Below the pieces are notes generated by a model. The model worked only from the letters and a program-made list of their open reading frames with translations, did not search any database and was not told the origin of the DNA. A program made the position numbers and the translations under genes. This document shows, piece by piece, positions 13,486 to 26,417 of a stretch of DNA of 64,000 bases. The stretch comes from Lama glama (taxonomy: Eukaryota): NCBI GenBank assembly GCA_028534125.1, contig CM052832.1:15192001-15256000 (forward strand). The letters are read 5' to 3'. Each line of letters begins with the position of its first letter. The stretch's first letter is position 1.

Positions 13486-13880
13486 TGAAATCAGGATTAT
13501 TTGGTTGCAGGCACCAAAAATTGACTCTGAAAAAGTGAAACAAGAACAAGGAGATTTATGGAAGAGACAGTGAAGCAGGTCACAGAATGGAAGGAAAAGC
13601 TAGACACTGGGCCCCAGATCCAACAGGACCCAGGGCAGCTCTGGGATCCGAGTAGCGTGGACTCTCTTTAGGGCTCTGCTGCCAGTGCCTTGGCTCTTAC
13701 CACCTGCCACTCCTGTGTGTCTCCATTTGAGACGCAGAATCTTGAGAAAGGTTCTGATTGGGCTGGAGTGGGTCATGGACCTAACCCTATGGTGAGGGAC
13801 ATAGGCGTGGCAACTGGCCATCTCCCAGAAGCAACATAGGACCAGAGAAGCTGTGGCCTCTCCTCCCCAAGGAAAAGATG
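13486..13880 (-). mobile_element. 5' LTR of the ERVL/MaLR provirus
   Basis: On the minus strand the LTR ends ...CA directly before GAAATTAGTACCAGGAGTGA; typical 'tttggttgcagg...gatttatggaag' motifs. Confidence 0.7.
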
Positions 13881-13889
13881 CTAAGCAGG

Positions 13890-14220
13890 CCACCCCAGCA
13901 CGCAGAGTTCACACACCACTCCCTTTCAGTTCTGAGCCTTTTCACATTCTGTTCCCTCTTCCTAGAGGGCTCTGCTCTCCTGTAGGCCTTGGCATAGATG
14001 TCACCTCCCCTAGGAAGTTTCCCGGAGGTTCCCTGCCTGGGATAAGCACCCCTTCTAAGTGATTCCATAGCCTTTATCTCCCTGTATTGTAACTTGTACT
14101 TGTCCTTCTCTCTCACCATATCGTCAGCTCAGTGATAGGAGGGATCATGTTCGCCTTGCTCACAGGTATAACCCCAAATCGAGACGATTCATGGCACACA
14201 GGAGGTCCTCAATAACTGTT
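13890..14220 (+). mobile_element. L2 LINE 3' end
   Basis: 'atgtcacctcccctaggaagtttccc', 'tggcacacaggaggtcctcaataactgtt'. Confidence 0.7.
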
Positions 14221-14327
14221 ACAGGCATAAAGGGTGGAGACCTTGCTCTTTCATTAACCTGCTGTGACCTCGGGGAAGGCCTCTTCTCTCTGGGCATTAG
14301 TTTCTTATTCATAAAACAGAGTAGCAG

Positions 14328-14920
14328 CATGTCTTGTTCAAGGACATTTTGATGGCAAGAAATAGAAATCCATTTAAGCTAGCTCAACAAAGCAGAGTGT
14401 TAGGAGGAATCACGGGTGTCTCACAGGACCCCAGGAGCTGAAAGATGTCAGGAATCAGCACAGACACTTGCTTCATCCGCTCCCTCCCTGGAGCCACGTG
14501 CCTGCCTCTCGCTGAGCTCCAGGCTCTTGCTTCATATCTCTGTTCAAGGATGACATGGTCTCTTCGGCCTCCATGTCTCAGGTCCTTCTAGCTCTTGCAT
14601 CATGGGTTGGGTTTCCTGAGAGGGTGAGGCTCGCCCTTCAAAGGGGCGACAGCTGAGCAGTGTCTCCCATCAGCAGCCCTAAATAGGGATCTGAGCAGCA
14701 CATCATCATGTTCTCCACGTGAGAGCAAGTGCCAAGCTTGGTTCAAATTCTTGAGGAAGAATCTAATTGGCTTGGCTCTTGGTCAGGTGTCCACTTTGAA
14801 GCCAATGAGCTGCACTCAGGCAGCTGCCAAGTTACTTGGCGTAAACTGCCCTTCAATTAGGGGTGGGAGGAGATCCCAAAGAGGGTGTATCTCGCAGAGC
14901 CTCCAAGTATGTCCTCTACA
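14328..14920 (-). mobile_element. Old MaLR/ERVL LTR (MLT1-like)
   Basis: 'ggcaagaaatagaaatccatttaagctagctcaa', 'atctaattggcttggctcttggtcaggtgtccac'. Confidence 0.6.
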
Positions 14921-14991
14921 AATTCAGTGACATGTGGGACAAGATTGCTGTGATTAGGGGCTCTGGAGCCAAAGTGCTTGTATTTGAATCT

Positions 14992-15515
14992 TATTAGCCT
15001 GGAGTGCATTCGGCAGTGAGTAATGGGAAATGGTGGTAGAGAGGCTTAAACAAGGGGGGATTTATTTGGCTCATCCAAGAATGAGTCTGGGAGAAGGTAG
15101 CCCTGAGCTGGTACAGTAGCTCAAGGATACCACTGGGACCTGGGATCCTTCTGTTTTCCTGCTCCATCATATTTAGCAAATGATTTTCTCCTCGTGGTTA
15201 CAAGGTGACTGCTGCACCTCTGGTCATCACGTGTGTGTTCTGCTTAAGTAAGGGGAAGGAAAAAGGGCAACCAGAGAGGAGTGGGGGAAAAGGAGGGGAA
15301 GGGTCCTCGTCTAGTAGGTTTTTCTCTTTATTTGGAAAGAGGTGCTTGCTCCTAGGACTTTTACCCCTTGTTCATTGGCCAAAACTGCATCATAGGGCTA
15401 CTCCTAGCAGCAAGCAAGGCTGGGAAGATGAGCATTTAAGCTTTCCAGCCACAAAGGAAGGAAGAGAACAGGGGCTTGATAATAGCTTTTGGCTGGTGCA
15501 TCCACTATATGTGCC
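14992..15515 (-). mobile_element. MLT1J/LTR33-like LTR
   Basis: 'ggcttaaacaag', 'caaggtgactgctgcacctctggtcatcac', 'cattggccaaaactgcatcatagggctactcctagc'. Confidence 0.65.
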
Positions 15516-15529
15516 ACAACCATTCCTGC

Positions 15530-15670
15530 CTCTGTGACCTTGGGGAAGCCACTTAACATCTTCAGCCTCAGTGTCTCCGTGAATAAAAGGGAGATAATCA
15601 TAGTATCGACGCCAATGGGTGAGTTCATACAACAGCACCTGCTGGGAAACTCTAAATAAATGTGAGCCGG
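15530..15670 (+). mobile_element. MIR SINE
   Basis: 'tgtgaccttggggaagccacttaacatcttcagcctcagtgtctcc'. Confidence 0.75.
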
Positions 15671-16899
15671 TATCGTCATTTCTCTGATGACCTATGATTC
15701 CAATGGAGGCATCCAAGGCACAGTGCTGGAGGGTGGGAGTGAGGTGTCTGTTACTCACCATCCTGTGGAGTTCTGCCTTGGAAAGCACAGCTCAGCAAAC
15801 TGTAAATGTTGTGACGTCTTCTGGAGTGGCAGGTGGGTCTAGAATCTGGTTTCAATTTGAAATGTTTGGGGTCAGAGACAGGGGGCTCCAGGGTTCAGGA
15901 TGCAGCTGGGGGTGGGCGTGTCCCCATCTCCTGGGAACTGTGGGTAGCCTCCCGACTGGAGGGTTGGGACAGCTCAGTGGTGAGTGGGGCAGATGTCATG
16001 CGATGGGTTGGCGGGGCCCCCTCTGGCTGTTGCAGGTTCACTGTAATGAATGAAATTTGGCCCTGGAGCCCCAAGGCCTCATTTCTCTTCTTCACTGTTG
16101 GGGAATCAGAACAAATCGATTGTAACTTTAATAAATTGATTCAATGTGGTGAACAGAAAAAAAGCTCAAGAGAAAGAGAAAAAAATACAAAATACATATT
16201 GCTTCCAGCCACAGGGCCAGTGGTTAATCTCAGCTTCATAACCCTGCGCCGATAGTGACTTAAATATTTAAGTGGAGTGAGAGCTGGCTAAACGATGCCT
16301 CCTTCCCACGCTGGCTTATTCATAGGGGAACCAATGGCCCATGAAGTCGGAGCACTCTGCTTCCCGAGCGTGCATGCCCTCAGGGCCCTGGTGTGAGGTA
16401 CGGGGCCAGGCATCCAGGTGTGCTCAGGGCACGTGTGCCTCCCCCAATGCCTGCACACCCCACACGCCGGGCACACACACGCTGAGTCAAGGAGGAAACT
16501 CTTGTGCTGTGCACCTTCTCACATGCAGCCCCTGGCAGCCCCTACCCACGCCGGCTTGAGAGGTTGGCTTGGCCCCGCACCACTCCCAGCCTCTGTTTCT
16601 CCATCAGTAATACCAGCATTGAAACCGGCCTCAGAGGGCCGCCAGGCAAATGGTGGAAGGGAAGCTCTTTGAGAACTGCCCAGGCCTTTGATCAGGCTTG
16701 CCCAGGCTTGCTGTCACCACGCCTTGCTCTCTCCCTCTGACCCCCACTGCTCCCTACCCCAGCACCTGACTTGAGTCCCTTGCATCTGTTTCCAGAAAAA
16801 AACTCAGTTCCTAGTGAGCTGGCTGGACTGTCCTGTGTCTCCTCCCGAAGGATCTGAGATTTGAGCCTTTCTCTTCACCAACTCCCTTTCGCAGGTTCC

Positions 16900-17110
16900 A
16901 GGCAGAGTGATTAAGAGCCCAGGTTTGGAGCCCCACTGCCTGTGTGTGTGTGACCTTGGGCAAGTTACTTAAACTCTCTGTTCCTCAGTTTCCCCATCTA
17001 TAAACTGGGGCATAATAGTTGAGTCCCTGGGTTCTTGTAGGGGGTTAGTAAGTGTATAAAGCATGGAGAACTGGGCCTGGCTCTCAGTGAGCACACATAA
17101 GTGTAAGCAC
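16900..17110 (+). mobile_element. MIR SINE
   Basis: 'tgtgaccttgggcaagttacttaaactctctgttcctcagtttccccatctataaa'. Confidence 0.85.
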
Positions 17111-17165
17111 CCTTGGTAGCTGCAACTGGGTGCTGGTAGAGGTGAGGGGGATCCCCCAGGTCAGG

Positions 17166-17341
17166 CAGTGCTTCTCAACCTGGAAGCCCTGGGCAGCACC
17201 TGGACAACTAACAACATGTTAATATCTGCAATGAGGCCCTCCCCTGACTGCTTCAATTAGGATCCCTGGGTGTGGGCGGGACCTCAGGATGGCTAAAGTG
17301 CTCCAGCTGATTCTAGTGTGCAGCAGGGCTGAGAACCACCA
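17166..17341. mobile_element. MER5-like hAT-Charlie MITE
   Basis: Terminal inverted repeats cagtgcttctcaacc ... ggctgagaaccacca; internal 'ctccagctgattctagtgtgcagc'. Confidence 0.75.
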
Positions 17342-18989
17342 GGTTAGACCATTACAGGGAGGGCAGCAAGTCTGGGTGACAAGCACAGTCCAAATGGAGG
17401 CTGTCCGGGAGTCCCAGACAAGCATGACTGCCGGAAGTCTTCCTGGAGGAAGGGGCAGAAGAGGTGAGGAGGTGGGGGTAGAGGGTAATGGAGTGGTGGA
17501 GGGTGGGAGGGGACTCTGAGGCCCAGGTGGCAGTGGGCACCCCCTCCGCTGCCCACCTGCCGCCCAGTCCCCCTGGCTCCTCCCGCTGCCTCTGCTTTTT
17601 CGTCTTCTGTCTCCCGGGGCCCCTGCGCTCCAGCTGGCGCCCGCCTCTTTAATAAAGGCAGATTGCTGCTCAGCTCGTCCCCAGCACTCCTGACGGGGCC
17701 ATTAATATTCCAGGGAAGATTAACTCCCCCTCTGCTCCCTCCCTGCAGCCACTGGGCTTTGCCTGACAGATGAGGGCCTCTGGCTCAGACAGAGATGACG
17801 CTGGCACCCCTGCAGGGGGCTGCCTGAGATGACCTCTGGAGCTTAGGTGCTTTCCTGCCTCTGCAGCCCAGTGGTTTCACCTGAGAAAGTAGGAGAGCAC
17901 AAATGAAAGAGAGACAGAGAGTACGAGAGGGGCTGAATGGAGCCTTGTGCAACCCTGGGACTCTGGATGGAATCTTAGGGGATCTAATTCAGTTCTTTTA
18001 TTTGGCTCAGAGAATGCAAATGATCTACTTACAGTCACGTGGCGGGACTGGACCCCGGACTCCTGACTTTTGGCTGAGGGACCTTTGCATAGATCACACC
18101 CCAGACCCCGGGCAGGTGGGCTACACCCCCACACCCTCCCTGGAGGCCTCCTGTGACAAGACCGGTGTCCTCTGGGAACTGCTGACGAGGCAGAGGCCTC
18201 CATGATCCCCATTCGCCTCATTGCAGGGCTTCCACCTGGGCCTGTTGCCCTCAGCGAGTGCAGCGCGAGGAGGGACCATGGGCTGCCTGACAGTGGCTGG
18301 GGTGGCTCTGAAGGTGGCAGAGGTGCTAAGGGAAGAAAGTGGGAGGCAGCAGAAAAGGGAGTCCAACACTTGAAGGCTAATTGAAGGACACATCCCTCCC
18401 GTGAATCCCACTTATTCTCTGCCACCCTCCAGCTCCCAACCTTGTACAGGCACAGATACTACCTCACACTGCACCTACCACACAGCACCCACCACACACA
18501 CACACCCCCACACCACACACACACCCATGCCTCACGCATGCTCAAGTGCACGCAGAACTCGTCCATTTCTGGGCTTTTGATCAGCATGTACATGCTGCTG
18601 CTCATGCCCAAACTTTGTCTGTGGTCCAGCCTCCTGTCTCTGTGACACCACACCTCTGGGTCTTCTGGCCTTGTGTAGTCCCCTGCTTTTGAACCTGGAT
18701 TGGCCCAAACCATCTGGTAGAACTGATGCCACATGACTTCCAAGGCTGGCTCATCAGAAGCCTGGTCTCCTGGAATGCTCATTCCAGGGAATCCAGCCTC
18801 CATGCCAAGAGACACTTATTCCCAAACTTTCAGGGACTTTTGAAATCCACAGCTGGGACCCTACAGGGAGGATGGGAATAAAGGAAGGGTCTGTTCTGGG
18901 CTTGTAGCAAGACGGATGAGGGAGGAGAGTGACTCTTCCCTAAGATCAGTGGCAGCAGGCACATCTGTGCCAAGGCCTGAGGGGACCGC

Positions 18990-20100
18990 CCCTGAGGACA
19001 CATGAGTCCACGCCCTGAGTCTCCTGGAAACAGGGTCCTCTTGTCTGCAATCTGTCATGGAGCTGGTGGGTGCTCTCCAGAGACGCCTCAAACTCAGTGT
19101 GTCCAAATGGAACACCTCACTGCCTCTGGCCTTCTTTCCACTCCATTCTGTGTCCCAGCCTTCAGTTCCCTCCATGTGTTTAGCCTAAGCCAGATACTTG
19201 GAGACAGGCTAGACTTCTCCCCTAAGCCCTGCCCCAACTCCATCACCAAGCCAGCCTTCCACTCCCTTAACATCCTCTCCCACTGCCTCCTCCGGGCTCT
19301 TATAATCTTGCCTGGGTTCATGCAGTCCCCTCTTAATGACTTATCCCCTCCTAATGACTTGGCCCCTCCTCTGTCTTTCCCTGCTCAGGCCCCTTCTCTG
19401 CCCAGTCACCAGGGCCTCCCACCATGGCCAGCTCAAGAGTCCTCCAGTGGTATCTCACTGCCTCCAGGGTAGAGTTGTAGCCCCCAGGCCCCAGGCCCCC
19501 AGATGAGCCCTCCGTCCTCACTTCAGCTGCACTGAACTTTTGGGGAGATCCCCGCAGCACATCTGCTGCTTCTGGTCCCTTCCAGCCAAGTTCTTGACAT
19601 GACATGTGATTGCCAGTTCTCAGAGCCTCCTATGACAGGGTGACGTTAGCCCCATTTTACAGCCAAGGAGACTGAGGCTCAGAGAGGTTAGGAAACATGC
19701 CCAACCTATCAGAGATTGAGCTGGAATTCGACCCAGGTCGCCCTCACTCCAAAGTTGGTGCTGTCTCCTCCAGCTGTGCCCTGAATGGCCAACTTCCAAC
19801 ATGTCACATGGTCCTGTTCTCCCACGTTTACCCCACACACCCAGCATACACACTGACCTACCCCTGGGGCCTCGTTCTCTCGGACAGACTCTTTTTCGTA
19901 TTTTCCCAGGTGGTTCAATATAAAGAATTTCACCCATTTCCCGAAGGGAACCAGCTGCTCTACCCAGGTAAGCGTTCACCTTCCCGGGCCTTCTTGTTCG
20001 CTGCCCATCCTTGTCTGCCCTGCTGTATCGCCCTCCCCAGCACAGCGCAGGCCCGGCTCCTTCTCATCTATTAGGTCTCAGCTTCAATATCACTTTCCTA
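18990..20100 (+). mobile_element. L2 fragments with a MIR inserted at about 19620-19770
   Basis: 'cctcaaactcagtgtgtccaaatggaac' (L2), 'cccattttacagccaaggagactgaggctcagagaggtt' (MIR), 'tctcagcttcaatatcactt' (L2). Confidence 0.6.
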
Positions 20101-20144
20101 CAGAATGTAACATGATGAGACTTTGGAAAATAGAGGGGTCATTT

Positions 20145-20735
20145 TTTAAAAAGTTCAATGTATCACATGGTCCAGCAATTCCACTCCTAGGAATCTACCC
20201 AAGAAATGGGAATACAGGTCCACACAAAGACTAGCTGTGAAATGTTTATTTCAGCTTTGTTCATAATAGTTCCCAACTGGGAGCAATTGTCCATCACCCA
20301 GGGAATGGATGAACAAAATGAGGTCCATCCATCCAATTGAGTATTCAGTAATAATACGGCATTAACCAGTGGTACCTGCTATGACATGGATTTCAAAATA
20401 TGCTAAGTGAAAGAAGCCAGACATATGACATCACACACTGTGTGATTCCACGTATATAAAATTTCCAGAAAAGGCAAATGCACAGATAGTTGGTTAGTGG
20501 TTGCCAGGAATGGGACTAACTGTATATAGGTTTAAAGAATCTTACTGGGGTGATTAAACTAAAACTGGGTTATAGTGATGGTTGCACAACACAGTAAATT
20601 TACTAAGCATTGTTGAATTGTACATTTGAAATGGGTGAATTTTATGATATATAAAATATAAATAATTTTATGATATATAAAATGTATATAAAATATAGCT
20701 TAGTAAATCTATAAAATAAAAAAGACATTTAAAAA
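20145..20735 (+). mobile_element. L1M (L1MB/MC-like) 3' end
   Basis: 'ccagcaattccactcctagg', 'atgctaagtgaaagaagccagac', 'gatggttgcacaac', 'gaattgtacatttgaaatgggtgaattttatg', A-rich tail. Confidence 0.85.
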
Positions 20736-20928
20736 AGTCACTTCCCCAGAGCAGCCTTTGCTGACACCTGCTCCCCAGCCATCCCTGCCTGGTCTCACAG
20801 CTCTCTCTGCTTTTCCATTATAGTCCTTGTATCAGTGGACACTATACATTCGTGGGGTGGTCTGTTTTATGCCGACCTTCTCTAGAATGGAGCTTCCATG
20901 GGGAAGGGCCTGAGTCTATTTTCTTTTA

Positions 20929-21074
20929 CTTTTTTTTTTATTAAATTGTTTTTCTTTCCTTTGCTGGGGGGAGGTCATTAAGTTTGTTTATTTTTAATGG
21001 AGGTACTGGGGATTGAACCCAGGACCTCGTGCATGCTAAGCACACCCTCTACCACTGAGTTACACTGTCACCCA
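20929..21074 (-). mobile_element. Vic-1-like SINE with a 12-bp target-site duplication
   Basis: Core 'ggaggtactggggattgaacccaggacctcgtgcatgctaagc'; TATTTTCTTTTA at 20917-20928 and 21075-21086. Confidence 0.9.
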
Positions 21075-21086
21075 TATTTTCTTTTA

Positions 21087-22420
21087 AACTGTTTTATTGA
21101 GATAGAATTTACATACCATACAATTTACTTACTTAAAGTGTACAATGTAATAGTAGACATTGAATTAGTATAATCACAGAGATATGCAACCATCACTGGT
21201 CAATGTTTAGAATATTTTCATCACCTCAAAAAGAAGCCCCATACCCTTTAGCTATCATTCCACCCCCACCCCTCCAGCAACCACTAATCTACTTTGTCTT
21301 TACAGATTTTCCCACTTTGGACATTTCATATAAATGGAATCATACAATATGTGACCTTCTGTGTCTGGCTTCTTTCAGTTAACATGATGTTTTCAAGGTT
21401 CATCCACGTTGTAGCATGAAGCAGTACTTCACTCCTTTTTATAGCTGAATAATATTTCATTGTATGGATAGACAACGTTTTGCTCATTCATGCATCAGAT
21501 ACTTGGCTTGTTTCCAACTTTTGGCTACTGTCAGTAATGCTGCTATAAATAATCATGTGCAGGTTTTTGTGTGGACATGGGTTTTCACCTCTCTTAGGTG
21601 TATACCTAATATTAGTGGAATTGCTGGGTCATATGGCAACTTTATGTTTCATTTTTTATGCCAGATGACTTTCCAAAGTGGCTGCACCATTTTACATTCC
21701 CAACACCTATGTCTGAGGGTTTAGATCTCCTGAACACTTGTTATCTGATATTTAGATCATAGCCATCCTAGTGGGTGTGAAGTAGGATCTCACTGTGATT
21801 TTGACTTGCATTTCCTGATGACTAACAGTGTCAAGCATCTTTTCATGTGCTTATTGGCTATTTGTATATCTTCCTTGGAAAAATATTCAGATATTTTGTT
21901 CATTTTTAAATTGGATTGTCTTTTTTTATTATTGATTGTAGGAGTTGTTTATTGTAGATACAGGTCCCTTTTTGGATATCTGATTTGCAAATACTTTCTC
22001 CTATTCTATGGCATGTCTTTCTATTTTCTTGATAGTGTCTTCTGAGGCACACAAGTTTTTAATGTTCATGAAGTCCAATTTATTTTTTTGTTATTTATTG
22101 CTTGTGCTTTTCATGTCATACATAAGAATCCACTGCCAAATCTGTTATGGAGATTTATCCCCACGTCCCCTTCTAAGAACTTTATAGTTTTAGCTCTTAC
22201 ATTTAGTTCTTTGATCCATTTTGCATTACTTTTTGTTTATGATGTGAGGTAAGGATCCAACTTAATTCTTTTGCATGTGGCTACCCAGTTGTTTCATCAC
22301 CATTTGTTGAAAAAACTATTCCCTTCCTGCATTGAATGGTCTTGGCACCCTTACTGAAATCAGTTAACCGTGAACACATGATTTTATTTCTGGACTCTCG
22401 ATTCTATTCCACTGATCACA
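21087..22420 (-). mobile_element. L1M (L1MB-like) ORF2 3' part and 3' UTR
   Basis: 'catataaatggaatcatacaatatgtg', 'ttccaaagtggctgcaccattttacattccca', 'ccatttgttgaaaaaactatt', 'cttggcaccctt'. Confidence 0.9.
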
Positions 22421-23436
22421 TTTCATGTCTGTCTTGAAGCCACACGGTTTCGGATTCTGTTGCTTTTCTTCACCACATCATTGCCTGGAACGCTGTGGTT
22501 TAAATGTCTGTTGGATGCGCAAAGCCCAACAACCAAATGCCACCAGGATCACATCTGTAATTTAAAAATTAGGTTTATTTAGCTTGCTGCAACAAAGGAG
22601 AACACACCCCTAGAGGATCCCCAGGGCATCTGGAAAGATAAGCTCTGAGAGGGGCCTCAGAGGGTTTGGGTCGGCGCTGAGTGAATTGGAGGAGAGGCTG
22701 GAAGAGCAGAGACCAGTCTGGGGCTGGGCACCGCCAAGCACTTCCTGGGATCTTAGTTTTTATCTAGGAGGTGAGAGGGTCGAAGTAGGGTGAGAGCTGT
22801 CACTACAACAGGCTGGCCTGAGTGGCCTTGTCTGCTTGCTCTCTAGTCTGGTCTTTGTTCCTTTGGGAACTTCTTGGTCTACTGGTCTGCAGGGCTGTTT
22901 TATACTTTCTGGAAGTAAACAAATGGTCCCTGCTAAGGAAGAACTCTGGTTTCAGTAACAGGCCAAGGCAGACCCCACCTCTCCTATGACATCTGCTCCA
23001 ATGTCTGCTTTAGGGGCCAACACAGGGAGAAGGGGCATGTGAGGGAGGGAGGAGCTGCCCTCAGTGTGTGATGGCCTGGGCCTAGGCTGCTAACTCACCG
23101 TGTGGCTTGGCCTGGTCATTTTCCCTCCTTGGACCTCAATTTCCTCACCTGTAATATAACAAGATCGAATGAGACAGTGTCTGGGTCTCCTAGTTTCTTA
23201 CCCATGATCTAGTCATCTTCTTGTGCTATTTCAGAGAGAAGGCAATCTCTGCTGACAAACGTCCCCATTTCACCGGCCCCACCTCTCTCTCTCCTCCCCC
23301 CAGCCCCCATGCACACAGCTACAAAGCTGACTCATCTGGCCTCAAGTCCCTGATTCAGTCTTTTAGCTCTGCAGCTCCCAGACATTTGGATTTTATACCC
23401 TGGCAAAATTTCCAAAACCTATTTTGGAGATCCACA

Positions 23437-23890
23437 TAGGGTTGCCAGTATTTCACTCTGTCAACTAGGACATTAAAAATCACAAGTACTAAAATCACTC
23501 GTTGTGAGCACTGTGTCGCGAAAGGACAATCAAAGGATAAATTAAAGGATGGCACTCTCAAATTGCCTGTGTTCCCCTCACGTCTTGGGTAACAGTGAAA
23601 ACTCCTGTTGGAGAAAACAATTCTGTTCTTACTTGGGTTCAGGAATGGCTGCTTTATCCTATAACTTTAGCTTTCATTAAAATGTAAATACTATGAGAGT
23701 GTCAGCCTTACTGGCCCCTAAAGGCTCTAGGATGGGGTAGGAGGGCAGGTGAAAATGGCAGCGGGACGAACTCAGATTGGGCTTTGAACACCAGCTCTCT
23801 GGCAGTTCCAGGGGCCTGAGAGGGGAGTACCAGCATCCACATCCAGTCACATTTCAGGGTCCCCCCTAACTGTGAGACTGGAAACACTAG
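23437..23890. mobile_element. Old hAT-type DNA transposon relic
   Basis: Begins tagggttgccag and ends ctggaaacactag, an imperfect inverted repeat of the TAGGGTTGCCA type. Confidence 0.45.
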
Positions 23891-24054
23891 CCTGGGAGAA
23901 GGTGTTGGGAACTAGTGAAGCGCTGATCAAATGAAAGCTAAGTAGGAGGCAATCTTCCCTCTGGCCTTGAGGCTGAGCCCTCTTAACGCCTCCTCAGCTG
24001 CCACCTAGTACTTCCACCTCCAGTGTTGCCCAAAGCCTATGAGAAATGCTCTGC

Positions 24055-24056
<2 letters not shown>

Positions 24057-24088
<32 letters not shown>
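24057..24088. repeat. (GT)n microsatellite
   Basis: Directly visible. Confidence 0.95.
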
Positions 24089-24090
<2 letters not shown>

Positions 24091-24559
24091 TTATTTCCAA
24101 CAATCTCCATAGGTGGTTTTTTTTTTGTGGAAGGGAGTAGGAAGTGGAGAGTAAGTTGTCCACCCCCAGAACAATGTTGTGCTATTTTTTTAAACTCTTT
24201 TGGGTCACAGGACAACACATGGCATCAGTGGGTTCACTCTGGAATGTGAAGAGCTACATTCAAAGAGCGGACCCCCTCCCACACCACATTCTCCCAGCAC
24301 CTAGAGGTGCACTATGCTATTGTTCCTTTAAAAAGTACTCCTGTGTCTCCAGAGGGAACCAATCAGCAGATGGGGGAGGAGCTACTTGGCCTGACCACCA
24401 GTCGCAAGAATAGAGTTTGAGTCCCAAGAATGACAGCCTCCTGAGGGAGCCAGAGCAAACCTGTTTAAAGGGACAGTGTCCCCGATGGGTTGCTCAGGTG
24501 ATATAAGACTCCAGAACCCCTGAACTGACCAATGCATCCTCAAAGTGGCTGCTATCCCT

Positions 24560-24860
24560 GCCTTCCCATAAGATGATAATTTGCTGGGAAAGAGGAGTGA
24601 TTTATCTGTCTAATTGGGCTTTTATTTGCATTTTAAATCACGCTCTTTTGCTAAACTAATGGACCCCCTATTTATAGATGACTCCAACACAAAGTGACTA
24701 CTAATTACTACAATTAATATCACGTTAAGGGCTTGCCAGCCAACTTCACAGCAACTTGTGTCGCCTACTCATTTTCAATTAAGGCACATTGACAGGGAGA
24801 ATACGTGGTTATTAAGAGCAGGCCCTGGGGTGTAATTACAGCTCCCAAGGTCATTAAGCA
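24560..24860. promoter_or_regulatory. Putative developmental enhancer
   Basis: AT-rich non-repeat block with TGATTTAT (PBX-HOX, 24598), ATTTGCAT (octamer, 24624), CTATTTATAG (MEF2, 24668), TGACAG (MEIS, 24790) and many TAAT cores. Confidence 0.5.
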
Positions 24861-25572
24861 GCTCCCTTGCAGGGTTGGCACCTTGGAGCCTGGGGGCTGG
24901 GGGCCCAGATCAGTGTCCCACTCAGGGACCAGAAAGCCTCAGTGCCTCAGGCTGCCGGTCAGATGGGTGCCTGGCTCTGAGCTGTCTGGAGATGGAGCAG
25001 CTCATGCCTGGGTGCCTTGGAACTGGGACGGGAGAGCCAGGCATGGAGGCTGAGGGGAATGTTCCACCCTTTCCTGAAGACAACAGTTTGTGGCAGCCAC
25101 CAGAGAGCTGACAGAACAGTGCGGTCTTCCAGGAGTGGCATTCAGCAAGTGTCTATGGAGGCCTCCCTAGGACAGGCAGGGGGTTGGTAGCAGAGCTGCA
25201 GGGATGAGGGGAGGAGAGGCCAGAAAGGAGACAGCTGGGGAAGCCCTGCTTGGGGGCGGGGCAGAGAACCTGGGAGGGAGAACTTAGGCTCCCGGCTCCA
25301 CATGCTGGGGAACAGTGCCTTCTGACTACAGGGAGGTAAGGAAAATCCATGGCAGAGTAGGAAAAAGCCTGGAAGGGGTGGGTGGCGGTGGCAGAAGTCA
25401 AGGGAGGGGAGCATCTCAAGAGGATGCTTTATCCAGTGGCTGTGGCTGACCTGCCATGGACAAGGTACAGTCTGGTGGGAAGACTACAGACCAGGCCAGG
25501 CAACCTGTGGGCTCAGGGCCAAGACACCATGGTAGAGGCGGGTACTGGTGACAGGCGATGAGAAGCCCCTGG

Positions 25573-25738
25573 CAGTGATGTGCTGGAGCCACTCCTGAGA
25601 GCCACATTCAGGCTCTTCATACTCAAGGCTTAGCATCACCATGGTGGATGATTTAGACCACAGAAATCTGCAAATACTAAAAACCGGGGCATTTTCTTCT
25701 GGAGAACTGGTTGTTAAACATTTACCAGCACACCCCTG
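25573..25738. mobile_element. MER63-like hAT element
   Basis: Terminal inverted repeats cagtgatgtgctgg ... ccagcacacccctg; internal 'ctggttgttaaacattt'. Confidence 0.75.
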
Positions 25739-26417
25739 TCCTGGGGCAGCCTGCCGGGGCGGGGTGTCCTGGGCGCTGCAGGGAAGGGCTTTGAGTTATG
25801 TCCTTAGCATGTGGCCCTGTGTACTTGTCGTGTATACAGTAGGGCTCTGTGTGTGTTTGCTGAACTGAGTTCAGTGGGGACCCAGAGGGGGCCCACTTCT
25901 AAGAATTGAGCTGTGTGGATAGCACAAGGGCTGAGGAATGAGGTGGGAGCGCCGTGGTCACCTCTAGACAAACTGCCTTGATTGGGGAAAAACACGCAGG
26001 TCTGAGGAGATACTTCCTCCCCTCACCACCTCAGACTCTCATCTCAGCCCCCTCTCACCAGACCAGCATCCCTGCTCTCACCTGCTACCTCATCAGAGAG
26101 GGGAACTTGGCCTTGACGGGCTAGCGGAGAGGTGAGGGAGGGCACTGGGCCCTCCAGGGAACTGGGGCAGCCATGGGAAGGGGAAAGTTCCTACTCCCCC
26201 TGCTCTTCTGGAAGGTTCTGCCCACCACCCCTGCACTGACAGATCCTCCCCACACTCTGTCCTCCTCTGCCCGCAACACCTCCATGGCCCTATTCGTTGG
26301 CACTCTTGCACTTTCTAAATCGCCTGTAGCCACTTCCTGTCCCTGCTCTGCTCTCCACATGCAGGTGCTTCACGGTTGTTGGTGGAAGGAAGGGAGGAAG
26401 TAGGGGGTCAGAGGATA

